DNA of 64,000 nucleotides from a virus (taxonomy: Duplodnaviria; Caudoviricetes): positions 32,001 through 96,000 of IMG/VR virus record IMGVR_UViG_3300021979_000003. One strand, written 5' to 3'. How positions within the stretch are numbered: the first letter of the stretch is position 1; the number at the start of each line of letters is the position of its first letter. The translations under genes and the position numbers were made by a program. Shown piece after piece: positions 8,270-16,849 of the stretch. Under the pieces are notes generated by a model. That model was not told where the DNA came from, did no database searches, and saw only the letters and a list, made by a program, of their open reading frames with translations.

Positions 8270-8577
8270 CTATTACCACTAGCATCTTTTATTCTTTCTT
8301 CAGACATATCATCCAAGAATGAAATAGCGTATAAGAACATAACAACAAATGAAATAAAAATAGAATACAAAACTGATACGACAATTGCCAATAACAAATG
8401 CCACTGAATTGATGTCAAAAACATACCCATTGAAAATATATTAGCCATAAAAAACAATATTAACACATACACACACGCGTTTACTAACTTATTTTCAAGA
8501 ACGTGTTTTCTTTCTACGACTTTCAAATCACGAGTTTCGCCGCTCTCATGATCAGCGAAAATATTATAACCCATCAA
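8266..8577 (-). CDS. membrane protein
   Basis: Two TM segments. Confidence 0.7.
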   Translation of the reverse strand: MMGYNIFADHESGETRDLKVVERKHVLENKLVNACVYVLILFFMANIFSMGMFLTSIQWHLLLAIVVSVLYSIFISFVVMFLYAISFLDDMSEERIKDASGNR

Positions 8578-8836
8578 TAAAATCCATACGTGTCTTGTGG
8601 TTTACCATAACCCAGATACGTTCGATGATAGCCATAGGCACAATGAAACTGAAAAGGGTAACAGTCCAAATAACAAGGCCCATTGCTAATGAATGTTTAA
8701 CTCCAACTACAATTCCAGCAAGAGTACATCCAATAGCACAGATAACCATCAATGTGATGATCTTTTTTCGAACATCCATATAGAAATTATACTTTTTACG
8801 TGTTCGTTCATGCTTTGTTGCCATTGAATCTGTCAT
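8564..8836 (-). CDS. membrane protein
   Basis: Two TM segments, AGGAG RBS. Confidence 0.7.
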   Translation of the reverse strand: MTDSMATKHERTRKKYNFYMDVRKKIITLMVICAIGCTLAGIVVGVKHSLAMGLVIWTVTLFSFIVPMAIIERIWVMVNHKTRMDFIDGL

Positions 8837-8859
8837 AAGGATGTCTCCTGTTTAACAAT

Positions 8860-8888
8860 ATTATAAAGCATGATTATTTTAAATGCAA
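8860..8888 (-). promoter_or_regulatory. sigma70-like promoter
   Basis: TTGCAT-17-TATAAT. Confidence 0.7.
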
Positions 8889-8912
8889 GAAAAAGGCGGG
8901 ATAAACCCGCCT
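8889..8912 (-). terminator. intrinsic terminator
   Basis: AGGCGGG-TTTAT-CCCGCCT followed by T run. Confidence 0.8.
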
Positions 8913-8934
8913 CATCTTTTTCTCTATTTTACTC

Positions 8935-8963
8935 TAAGTTTCTATTAAGTTTCTATTAAGTTT
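8935..8963. repeat. short tandem repeat, 11-nt unit x about 2.6
   Basis: TAAGTTTCTAT TAAGTTTCTAT TAAGTTT. Confidence 0.8.
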
Positions 8964-9231
8964 TGCGGTAGTTACTTTCCACTACCAAGTCAGTCACGCA
9001 TTAGCTTCTAAGGCTTTTCAGCCTCCGCTGTCTCGTTGAGACTTGCGCTCCCCACTGACTCGTCTATGTATGAAAGGACCGTTGTGGGAATAACGACCTT
9101 CCCCATTCCCTTATCTCTAGTGTGTACGTTGTAAGCTATAAGGAATGGAAAACTCGCCTACACGCCCTTTCTTACTCTTAGTTTAAGGGAACTATAAGAA
9201 AGGTAATTCGTTTCCCTCAATCTTCATATAC

Positions 9232-9260
9232 AGTATACTGCAATATTATTTAGGTTGCAA
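9232..9260 (-). promoter_or_regulatory. sigma70-like promoter for candidate ncRNA
   Basis: TTGCAA-17-TATACT overlapping the end of the upstream CDS. Confidence 0.7.
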
Positions 9261-9770
9261 CCCCTTATCTCGAATTACTTCGTTCATTTTTTCTAACGCT
9301 GAACGAACTTCCTCAATACGATCATTAGGGTGTGTACCGTCATGGTGAAGCTCAGCCGAATAAGGTCTACGAGATAGAACATCTTCACAAAAGCTCAAAG
9401 CATTATATGCTTCAATTAGTGCGTGATCTTCATATTCCTGATCTACCATAACTTTTGGTGGCTCTTCGTCGTCATGTTCGACATCATCAGACCAACACTC
9501 ATCTTCAGTATCGACATAAAAAATATCGTCGTGAAGACCATTAACGATCCTTCCACCAGCACCAACTACCACATAATGATTTGGCATGTTACCGATTTCA
9601 GAAAGAATGGTACAGCTTTTAGCTTTAGTTTTAAGACTAAAACCTAGCATTCTATAATAGTTATCTCGATGGTGTTTATCATAATCATCAGCATCGCAGA
9701 TAACTGATACTGCTATGCCTTTCCTAAGAGCATGTAACGCTCTGTCATGTTCACACAATGGAACCAGCAT
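9246..9770 (-). CDS. hypothetical protein
   Basis: ORF in operon. Confidence 0.7.
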   Translation of the reverse strand: MLVPLCEHDRALHALRKGIAVSVICDADDYDKHHRDNYYRMLGFSLKTKAKSCTILSEIGNMPNHYVVVGAGGRIVNGLHDDIFYVDTEDECWSDDVEHDDEEPPKVMVDQEYEDHALIEAYNALSFCEDVLSRRPYSAELHHDGTHPNDRIEEVRSALEKMNEVIRDKGLQPK

Positions 9771-10108
9771 TATTTGTTTCCTCCAATAACCATAGAATAG
9801 TGCGTGTAAAATCCTTCAAGTTCTGGTACTGTAAACCAGAAGTTATGTTTAACAGTGGAAATACATTTACACTTTCCAGATTCTTCCCAATAAAGAATAT
9901 AAGTTTTTTCACGATCAATAGAGACAGCTTTCTTCTGTGCACTAATGAACGCAATCTCTTTATATCCTAATTCATCTTCACAACGCTTCTTCCAAATCTT
10001 CATACATTCTTTACATTGTGAGACTGGATACATCATAGCTTTGTAATCTTTGTGTTCTTTACAACGGTCTACACCATCGTATGAATACTCAGTATCAAAC
10101 AGTTTCAT
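9770..10108 (-). CDS. hypothetical protein
   Basis: ORF in operon; Cys-rich N-terminus. Confidence 0.7.
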   Translation of the reverse strand: MKLFDTEYSYDGVDRCKEHKDYKAMMYPVSQCKECMKIWKKRCEDELGYKEIAFISAQKKAVSIDREKTYILYWEESGKCKCISTVKHNFWFTVPELEGFYTHYSMVIGGNK

Positions 10109-10117
10109 ATAATTCTC

Positions 10118-10378
10118 CTAAGACGATACTTTCTGAAGGTTAAACCAAAGATCAGGACCAATACTGATCATATAATTTCCCCCCTCTATTTCTACAGTTC
10201 GGCCATTAAGCTCTACTGCTTCATCATAACAGAAATACGGGGAAAGACTCATCATGTGAACTCGGTAGAGTCCATCACTTTCAGTAATCCCCCTAAGCAT
10301 ACTTTTTCTACTTCCAGTAGCAGTAGTATACACTGCATACTGTAACATAGATTTCATTGTATTAATAGGAAGTGTCAT
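10118..10378 (-). CDS. hypothetical protein
   Basis: ORF in operon. Confidence 0.65.
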   Translation of the reverse strand: MTLPINTMKSMLQYAVYTTATGSRKSMLRGITESDGLYRVHMMSLSPYFCYDEAVELNGRTVEIEGGNYMISIGPDLWFNLQKVSS

Positions 10379-10380
10379 AC

Positions 10381-11607
10381 TTATTCCTCTTCGTCGTAAT
10401 CCTCATCATATATGTCTTCTTCATATCGCTTGATAGAGTCAAGGCAAGAATTGAAGAACAATTTATATGCCCGAGTATTGTAATCCTGTCCTGAGTAACG
10501 TGATGGGGTTACCGTACCATGAATGTAATTGTCGTACCAAAGCATAAAGCTATAAAAGTTCTTAAACTCGTCAATATCAATATCAGTATTAAAGAAAAAG
10601 TCTTGATAAAAATGCATGTACTCAGTGGTCTTTGCGCCAGAATCGTGCATACTAACCTTATTGATATACTCATAAACAACTCTACGATGAGAGCCAGATG
10701 TATCAATTGATTCTTTATTCCTATCAAAATAGTCAACAACGTCAAGAATCTTTCGTTCATCCTCTGCATCTTCTTCATCGGCAGATTCTACGACACGTTG
10801 GATAGACTTTCTAAGTGATTTCTCGCCCCCACCGTGTTCTATGCTCATACTTACAACCATGAAGGTTGTTCTTGGAATACCTTCTAAAATTTCAGTCAGT
10901 TCAGATAGTAGAGCATCTTTATTTTCAACGTCGTCTTTAAAAATAGATTCTTCAACTAGCTGTTCGTCACGATTCTTCATTTTTTCCATTAGATAGGTAA
11001 AAAATGAAAGCAATGTTGCTTTTGATGGATCACCAAAGACATTTGTTTTAAAATCTTCAAATGTAAGGTTTTCATATCGCATTTCACCATTTTCAAAGAC
11101 TGGACATTCAGGATCATAAGACCCAGATAGAATACTATCATAAATGTCTTTTTTAATAGTAAAAGGAAATACTTGTACTGGACGATCATACTTAATCGGT
11201 TGACTATATACGTCTTGAAATTCTACACTTTCACGAGCAATGTAATTATCGCCTTGCTTAAAGTAGAGTACGCCTTCATGAAGAAAGTGGTAAATGGTTT
11301 CGAGGCTAAGTGTATCTCGATTTAGTTTAGTGGATGTGTTTGGAATTGTTTCATCATTCTCTGCGATGATGGCATTCTTTTTAATAAACTCATCGATCAT
11401 TTGTCGAGTTTCATCACTGACATCAACTTTACATTCACCATAGTCATCGTACACACCGTCTAGTAGGAACGGAAACATAAATCGATACTTACTACAACTA
11501 CGAATCATATCATAATTTGGTGACTCTACAAGAAAGCCAACCTTTACTTTTTCATTCCATTGGATAGGAAGGTTGGTTACTGAACACGTTACATTAAAAC
11601 TACCCAT
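10381..11607 (-). CDS. hypothetical protein
   Basis: Long ORF; N-terminus MGSFNVTCSVTNLPI resembles a recurrent phage hypothetical family. Confidence 0.8.
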   Translation of the reverse strand: MGSFNVTCSVTNLPIQWNEKVKVGFLVESPNYDMIRSCSKYRFMFPFLLDGVYDDYGECKVDVSDETRQMIDEFIKKNAIIAENDETIPNTSTKLNRDTLSLETIYHFLHEGVLYFKQGDNYIARESVEFQDVYSQPIKYDRPVQVFPFTIKKDIYDSILSGSYDPECPVFENGEMRYENLTFEDFKTNVFGDPSKATLLSFFTYLMEKMKNRDEQLVEESIFKDDVENKDALLSELTEILEGIPRTTFMVVSMSIEHGGGEKSLRKSIQRVVESADEEDAEDERKILDVVDYFDRNKESIDTSGSHRRVVYEYINKVSMHDSGAKTTEYMHFYQDFFFNTDIDIDEFKNFYSFMLWYDNYIHGTVTPSRYSGQDYNTRAYKLFFNSCLDSIKRYEEDIYDEDYDEEE

Positions 11608-11619
11608 ACAATTTCTCCA

Positions 11620-11817
11620 CTATTTTTTAGGTTTATCAAATGTTATACCATTCTGAAGTTTCATTCTGGCATAATCTCTACAAATTTCCCTGATGGTCGA
11701 TGCTTTTACATTACCCAACAAACGAACATCAGGTTCCCAACTGTTAGCACACTGTAATAGTTCTAGTGCGCTTTCATAAAGCTGGTGATCTGTTAGTTTA
11801 TCATTACTGTCGCTCAT
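11620..11817 (-). CDS. hypothetical protein
   Basis: ORF with GGAG RBS. Confidence 0.65.
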   Translation of the reverse strand: MSDSNDKLTDHQLYESALELLQCANSWEPDVRLLGNVKASTIREICRDYARMKLQNGITFDKPKK

Positions 11818-11819
11818 AC

Positions 11820-12260
11820 CTAGTCCAACATATCAAAACGTAATTGTTCGAGTATATCTATAACCCATTGTCCACCAGCTTCTTTTACTTCTCCATTGTA
11901 CACATAGTAGTGCTTTAATGGAAGCGTTAAGTCAGTCCACAATGAATTTTCTTTAAGCCAATCAGAATTATCATTTATCTTTTGCTGTAAAGCTTTTTTA
12001 AACTTATTCTTATTGACTGTTTGGTTTGCTACTGGAAGCTTTCTACCATATTCTTTTGCTTTGTATCCATGTAGATCACGCAGCATATCATCATAGGTTT
12101 TAAGCCAATACCAGTATCCCTCTAATGACTCAAAATGACCATCAGGAGTATTCACTGGTGTATGGGCAAAGTTTGAAAGAAACCTACCCAGAGAGGTCTT
12201 ACCACGTGAGTAAGCGTTAATATGTGTTATGCCATCTTCTTCTGGATCAATATCTAACAT
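11820..12260 (-). CDS. NADAR-like protein (T4 gp30.3-related)
   Basis: INAYS...LGRFLSNFAHTP...DGHFESLEGYW...L-x-GY-x-AK-xx-GR pattern; start re-called at MLDIDP. Confidence 0.55.
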   Translation of the reverse strand: MLDIDPEEDGITHINAYSRGKTSLGRFLSNFAHTPVNTPDGHFESLEGYWYWLKTYDDMLRDLHGYKAKEYGRKLPVANQTVNKNKFKKALQQKINDNSDWLKENSLWTDLTLPLKHYYVYNGEVKEAGGQWVIDILEQLRFDMLD

Positions 12261-12591
12261 AATGATGGTATACCGTAGTCCATCGATTGGACATTCCCAT
12301 ATTATAAATAATTTCTTCTGCAAGTTTTTCTGGTACTTTGTGGCGTTGTACACACTCTAGGTTACACAGCTTATCAATAATTTCATTTTTAGAAAACGTG
12401 TTACCAACTTCTAACAAGATAGAAAACTTTTCAAATACATCATGTATTTCATTAAACTCTTCTTGTGAAATATTATTTTCGTGGATTGTTCGGATAATAG
12501 GTAAACTACTATCCGAAACCAGCAAATCCACTGTATGCTCTAGGTGCTTGATACGCTCTTTTAGATCGTCTATTTCACTCATTTTAGCCAC
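12247..12591 (-). CDS. hypothetical protein (DUF1878/YhaI-like)
   Basis: ERIKHLEHTVDLLV...ISQEE pattern. Confidence 0.45.
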   Translation of the reverse strand: MAKMSEIDDLKERIKHLEHTVDLLVSDSSLPIIRTIHENNISQEEFNEIHDVFEKFSILLEVGNTFSKNEIIDKLCNLECVQRHKVPEKLAEEIIYNMGMSNRWTTVYHHYVRY

Positions 12592-14819
12592 TCATTGTTG
12601 AATTCTTCTGTGTTCTGAATGAGGCTATTATCAATAACCACATCCGCCGACTCAGCATCATCAGTAACAACCATGTCATTTGCTTTCGCAAACAGGTCAA
12701 AGTAATCATACATTTTCATGAACGATGCATTGATATTCATGATATAGTTGAACTGATTTTCAATAGCACTCATTTGCGAACCGATATTTGATCCAGTCAT
12801 GTTATGGCTAGGCATATCAGCCCACAACATTGTTTTGTTTTCAATGTCGTAGATAAGTGCCAATACTGCCCTTGCGTCACACGTAAGGTCAAAACGATCT
12901 ACTACCTTCAATGGATCATATGTCTTATCGAATACACCATTGTCGCTGCACATAACGCCACAGAATGCATCAAAGCTATCTAGTGACTGATGACTAAATA
13001 CGTTTACATACATCACAACATAACGTGCATTACGGGACTTCAGTTTGTCTAGGTTAATATCAACAAACTCAGTAGCACCGTCAGGCGCTGACGTGAAGTC
13101 ACCAGAATGCTTCGAGTACTTACCATGTATATCATAATACGCACAAGTCTCAATTTGAGTAAAATTGTCATTAACAATAGTAGTAGACAAGTCTAGATCA
13201 ACACGACCACTTTCATCATTTTCCTTCCAATAGGTAAAGAAACGAAGATAGTTAGTATCCTCAGACACTTTCATACTAGAACCACGCTCAGCCTTAAACA
13301 TGCTGTTCTTCATGGAACGCATCTTCATCGGTAGAATACGTGTAGTCAATGAAGGATCGATGAAGATTGATTTACCTTCATACTCAGAGTCTTTAAGCTT
13401 TTCCTTAATGACTTCATCAATCACTGCAATAAGTTTCTTACAGTTTTCTTCGGAAATTTCTTCACGGTCTTTATCAATGACATTACTAAATCCACGCTTA
13501 TTAATATAAACACGAGAAACCGTATAGTTATTAAGACGTGAAGAAAAGTTATCACGTGCACCAACCAGAACCCTCATAGAGGCAGAAGAACCACAGTCCT
13601 TAAATGCATCTGTAATCAGGTCGATAGACTCAGGAAACTTACGAGAGAAGTTATCTAGGTTACGTGCAAAGATACCCGGACGTTGAGACGCCAGCTTTAC
13701 AACTTTACCAATGTTCTTCTCATCAACCAATGCAATTTGAAGTTTACCTTCAAACGTCTTAATTGTTTCCGGCTTGTTAAGGACAGTGTTTACAGCCTTG
13801 AATGAATCTTCGTACTTTTTCTTGAACACGCCAAAGTGAACCGCCATGTTAAGCTCAACCCACTTGTCACGTTCTTTGATCATATCTTCTAGTGGGTTTT
13901 TAATGTTATTCAAGTATGCAGCAACAAGCTTACGTTGGCTATTGGAAAGCTTGAACTTTCCATATTCCTCAGACTTGTTTACTTTTTCTGCTACACGCAT
14001 AACATCTTTAGCAGTTTTAACATTCTTAGAGGTCATATCGAAAACGGTTTTATAATCAAACCTGTCAAGCAGAAGATTGACAACCTTAGATACAGTTTCT
14101 TTAAACGGCATTTCACGATCAATAATCACTTTGATTTCGTCATCCGTTAGAACACTAACCATTTTTGTCAGGTCAAGTTCTTGTTGTGGAGACATACCAG
14201 TTTTGGATTCAACGCAAGAACCAACATAAGAGAAAAGTTGATCTTGTGTGATTAGACCGATTTCTTTCAGACGTGTGTTAACACTGAAGTTGCTTGTTTT
14301 ACCAATAGTCAACTCAACATCATACGCTGTGTATTCACAGATAGGACATTCTGATTGTGTCATGTAATCAGCAACACGATGACCACAGTCTAGAGTTTTC
14401 AATTCATTTACTTCGTCAGAAGCATCTGAAAACTGCTCAAGAAAGTCAACCAGTTCATTATTAACCAAGCGGCTATTTCGAATAACATCTGTTTTATCAA
14501 CAGCATGGTGCGGGAAACCTTCATACAAAGGCTTGAACACAACATAGGCACCTACCATTTCGGTAAGAGTTTTGAATGTAACATCTACCGTTTCTTCAAA
14601 CTCTTTCTTAGTAACATAACGAAGATGAGTCATGGCATCATCAGAAAGATAGAAGCCAAGGTTGATAAGCTCATGGTTAAATGCCTGAAGCATATGCTCT
14701 TCAACACGAACAGACTTTGTATTGTCTCCCGCTACTAACGACAGACGTGCTTCAATTGCGATTTCATTAAAAACTTTATTACGCTTAGACATTAGTAACT
14801 TCTCCGTTGACATATTCAT
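12579..14819 (-). CDS. Prok-RING_4 / TROVE-like repeats / TerD-domain protein
   Basis: LDCGH...CPIC RING-like finger, long helical middle with RPGIFARNLD, C-terminal TerD-like VDLDLS...HSGDFTSAPDGATEFVDINL. Confidence 0.75.
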   Translation of the reverse strand: MNMSTEKLLMSKRNKVFNEIAIEARLSLVAGDNTKSVRVEEHMLQAFNHELINLGFYLSDDAMTHLRYVTKKEFEETVDVTFKTLTEMVGAYVVFKPLYEGFPHHAVDKTDVIRNSRLVNNELVDFLEQFSDASDEVNELKTLDCGHRVADYMTQSECPICEYTAYDVELTIGKTSNFSVNTRLKEIGLITQDQLFSYVGSCVESKTGMSPQQELDLTKMVSVLTDDEIKVIIDREMPFKETVSKVVNLLLDRFDYKTVFDMTSKNVKTAKDVMRVAEKVNKSEEYGKFKLSNSQRKLVAAYLNNIKNPLEDMIKERDKWVELNMAVHFGVFKKKYEDSFKAVNTVLNKPETIKTFEGKLQIALVDEKNIGKVVKLASQRPGIFARNLDNFSRKFPESIDLITDAFKDCGSSASMRVLVGARDNFSSRLNNYTVSRVYINKRGFSNVIDKDREEISEENCKKLIAVIDEVIKEKLKDSEYEGKSIFIDPSLTTRILPMKMRSMKNSMFKAERGSSMKVSEDTNYLRFFTYWKENDESGRVDLDLSTTIVNDNFTQIETCAYYDIHGKYSKHSGDFTSAPDGATEFVDINLDKLKSRNARYVVMYVNVFSHQSLDSFDAFCGVMCSDNGVFDKTYDPLKVVDRFDLTCDARAVLALIYDIENKTMLWADMPSHNMTGSNIGSQMSAIENQFNYIMNINASFMKMYDYFDLFAKANDMVVTDDAESADVVIDNSLIQNTEEFNNEWLK

Positions 14820-15279
14820 ATTCGCTCATTTTACCAGTAAGGAAAAGAAATGAACGCTGATACTTAATCATTCTGTTGATATCTTTTTGACTTACACCTT
14901 TCAGACGTGTGATGTTTGAGTTGTCCTTAAGGTCTGCCAGCTTAACCTTTCGACTATCTTCGTTTTCTTTAATGCCACGAATATAGTTGGTGTAACTGTC
15001 TTGTGGCATGTGAGTGAGGCGTACAAGAGCATCTACAACACGTGCACTGAATCCCATTTTAATAAGGTCTTCGAAAGTTATATCAGTGTCCTCTACCACA
15101 TCGTGGAGTACTGCGATTTGACGCAACTCAGGGTCATCATCTGGCATCGCGTTCATAACACGAAGGACATGAAGCACGTAAGGTCTACCACCTTTATCTA
15201 GAACGCCATCATGTTTTTCAGATGCGAGGGCGATAGCTTTGGATAGCATTTTCCATTGATTACGTGCTTGATCAGTCAT
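14785..15279 (-). CDS. HD-domain hydrolase, RelA/SpoT/Mesh1-type small alarmone hydrolase-like
   Basis: KH...D-K-GG-x-PY-xx-H...AVLHDVVEDT...VKLADLKDN. Confidence 0.85.
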   Translation of the reverse strand: MTDQARNQWKMLSKAIALASEKHDGVLDKGGRPYVLHVLRVMNAMPDDDPELRQIAVLHDVVEDTDITFEDLIKMGFSARVVDALVRLTHMPQDSYTNYIRGIKENEDSRKVKLADLKDNSNITRLKGVSQKDINRMIKYQRSFLFLTGKMSEYEYVNGEVTNV

Positions 15280-15341
15280 GTCTTTCTCCTAATTTATTTC
15301 GACTATAACTAATGGTATCACAGTTTAACTCAGTTGTGAAC

Positions 15342-16016
15342 CTAAATTTTTCCGTGTTTCTCTCTCCAATTCCCAGAGTTGGATTGCTTGCTTTTCTTAC
15401 GACGGTAGTTCCATGTTGCAAACGAGCGCGTACCAGTCAAGTAAAAGTACAGACCAGCACCAACTACTGCACCCAAGCCGTGCGCCAAGAAGCTCACATT
15501 TAAAGGTAGAGCGAGTAGTACAACATGAAAGATAATCAGATAACCAGCTAGGAACTTATAGCTTTTAATCTTATTCAAAATACCAAAAGTAATGAATGCC
15601 ATAATAACACCGGAGTAACCTACAGTTGGAACAGTACCAAAAAATATTAGAAGTGGTCCGATGATGAATGCACTTCCAATATACAAAAACCAGAGTACCC
15701 ACTGTTTGAAGTAATACTTATAGCGAAGTTCTTCAGCACCAACACTTAGGCATAGCATATTCATTACAAAATGAAGAAGTCCAATGTGTGTGAAGTTTGC
15801 AAACAACCACGATACACTTGAAATCTCTTCGGGGCTATTGACCGCAAACAGTCCAATTAAGTCAGGGTTAATAAAGGTACATATAAAGAACAGTGTGTTA
15901 ATCACAAGTGCAGTAATCAGGGGCCAATTTCTACCCCTCATATTACGACTGTAACCCTTTTTGAAAGGGTTACGGAAAGTTAGCTTACGTTCTGTTTTAA
16001 TATTAGTCTCATACAT
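15342..16016 (-). CDS. rhomboid-family intramembrane serine protease
   Basis: HIGLLHFVMNM, GYSG and LAHGLGAVVG motifs, multiple TMs; start re-called at MYET. Confidence 0.85.
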   Translation of the reverse strand: MYETNIKTERKLTFRNPFKKGYSRNMRGRNWPLITALVINTLFFICTFINPDLIGLFAVNSPEEISSVSWLFANFTHIGLLHFVMNMLCLSVGAEELRYKYYFKQWVLWFLYIGSAFIIGPLLIFFGTVPTVGYSGVIMAFITFGILNKIKSYKFLAGYLIIFHVVLLALPLNVSFLAHGLGAVVGAGLYFYLTGTRSFATWNYRRKKSKQSNSGNWREKHGKI

Positions 16017-16020
16017 ACGA

Positions 16021-16533
16021 TCACCAGAGTTCAAATATATCGTGAATTTTATCCATGTGTTTCTCATTATACAGATTGTACACAGGAATATCAAACAAAC
16101 TCGCTAACTTAATAGCCGTTGCTGTACCACCTGTGTTTCTTGTACAACTATCAATATCATATGCACCATCAGGAGTCCAGCATATTACCATATCTGATTT
16201 TTCATTTGGGTCTAAGTTCTTACCAAATATCTGAAATACATTTCTGGCATGAAGCTTCTTAGAGCCTTGTGACAAATTATTGTATGCTGGATGAATAATA
16301 CTTATCATTTCATCAGCCAAATCTAAAAGGCGAGAATCTTTTATAACAATTCCATTATTACTAAACCCGCTCCATGGAATGAATATCTCTAAATTATTAG
16401 TGGTTTGTTCAAATGCGGTGTCACATCCTTTTGCTCCCCCACTTCTAACAATGTGATTTTGAAGTGGGAGGCGGGTTATGAAATCATACATTTCTTCTGG
16501 TACTTTTCTACTACCGATACCAGTCACTATCAT
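16021..16533 (-). CDS. SLOG-superfamily (DprA/Smf-like) protein
   Basis: TGIGSR, RSGGAKGCD, HARNVFQ, VICWTPDG, GGTATAI. Confidence 0.8.
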   Translation of the reverse strand: MIVTGIGSRKVPEEMYDFITRLPLQNHIVRSGGAKGCDTAFEQTTNNLEIFIPWSGFSNNGIVIKDSRLLDLADEMISIIHPAYNNLSQGSKKLHARNVFQIFGKNLDPNEKSDMVICWTPDGAYDIDSCTRNTGGTATAIKLASLFDIPVYNLYNEKHMDKIHDIFELW

Positions 16534-16838
16534 CGATAATATACTTCCTTGGCGACAAAGATTTTATAAGAACAGTTCCTTACCATAATGCCATCATTAA
16601 GTTCTGCCTGTTCGAGATAGTTCTTCACGTTTTCATCAGTACAATGATTCACAGTAAAAAATTCTTCTCCTGCTTCTTCAATCGCGTCAATGTTACGATC
16701 AATATCATCAAGGATAATTTTTTTCACTTTATAAGCATCGTCTTCTTTCTTGAATAGACCAATGCAATAGAATGAAACATCGTCTTCCGTGTCTTCGATT
16801 ACATACACGCCCCAAACATTTCTATAAGTTATAATCAT
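16530..16838 (-). CDS. hypothetical protein
   Basis: Start re-called at MIITY (GGAG RBS). Confidence 0.7.
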   Translation of the reverse strand: MIITYRNVWGVYVIEDTEDDVSFYCIGLFKKEDDAYKVKKIILDDIDRNIDAIEEAGEEFFTVNHCTDENVKNYLEQAELNDGIMVRNCSYKIFVAKEVYYR

Positions 16839-16849
16839 ATTGCTTTCTC

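Larger units (their letters stand above)
8889..9226 (-). ncRNA. candidate structured non-coding RNA, about 340 nt
   Basis: ORF-free region between a dedicated promoter and terminator; at least 8 helices, GAAA tetraloop, G.U pairs that work only on the minus strand, possible pseudoknot. Confidence 0.7.

Noticed and set aside
8935-8963. 11-nt tandem repeat as a CRISPR array or iterons
   Set aside because: Only about 2.6 short contiguous units with no spacers; no cas genes
8960-9226. tmRNA, RNase P, group I intron, retron msr-msd or hammerhead identity for the structured RNA
   Set aside because: No tRNA-like ends or tag ORF, no GAGGAAAGUC-type RNase P core, P7-like segments in the wrong order, no reverse transcriptase in the window and no CUGANGA/GAAA core
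9192-9227. 11-codon ORF MKIEGNELPFL at the 5' end of the candidate ncRNA
   Set aside because: It starts at or before the predicted TSS, has no RBS and explains none of the downstream structure; it cannot be fully excluded as a leaderless peptide
15319-15340. TCACA...TGTGA inverted repeat as a CRP site
   Set aside because: Orientation and spacing (TCACA-N12-TGTGA) do not match CRP TGTGA-N6-TCACA; it overlaps a plausible promoter and may be an operator, but this is unsupported
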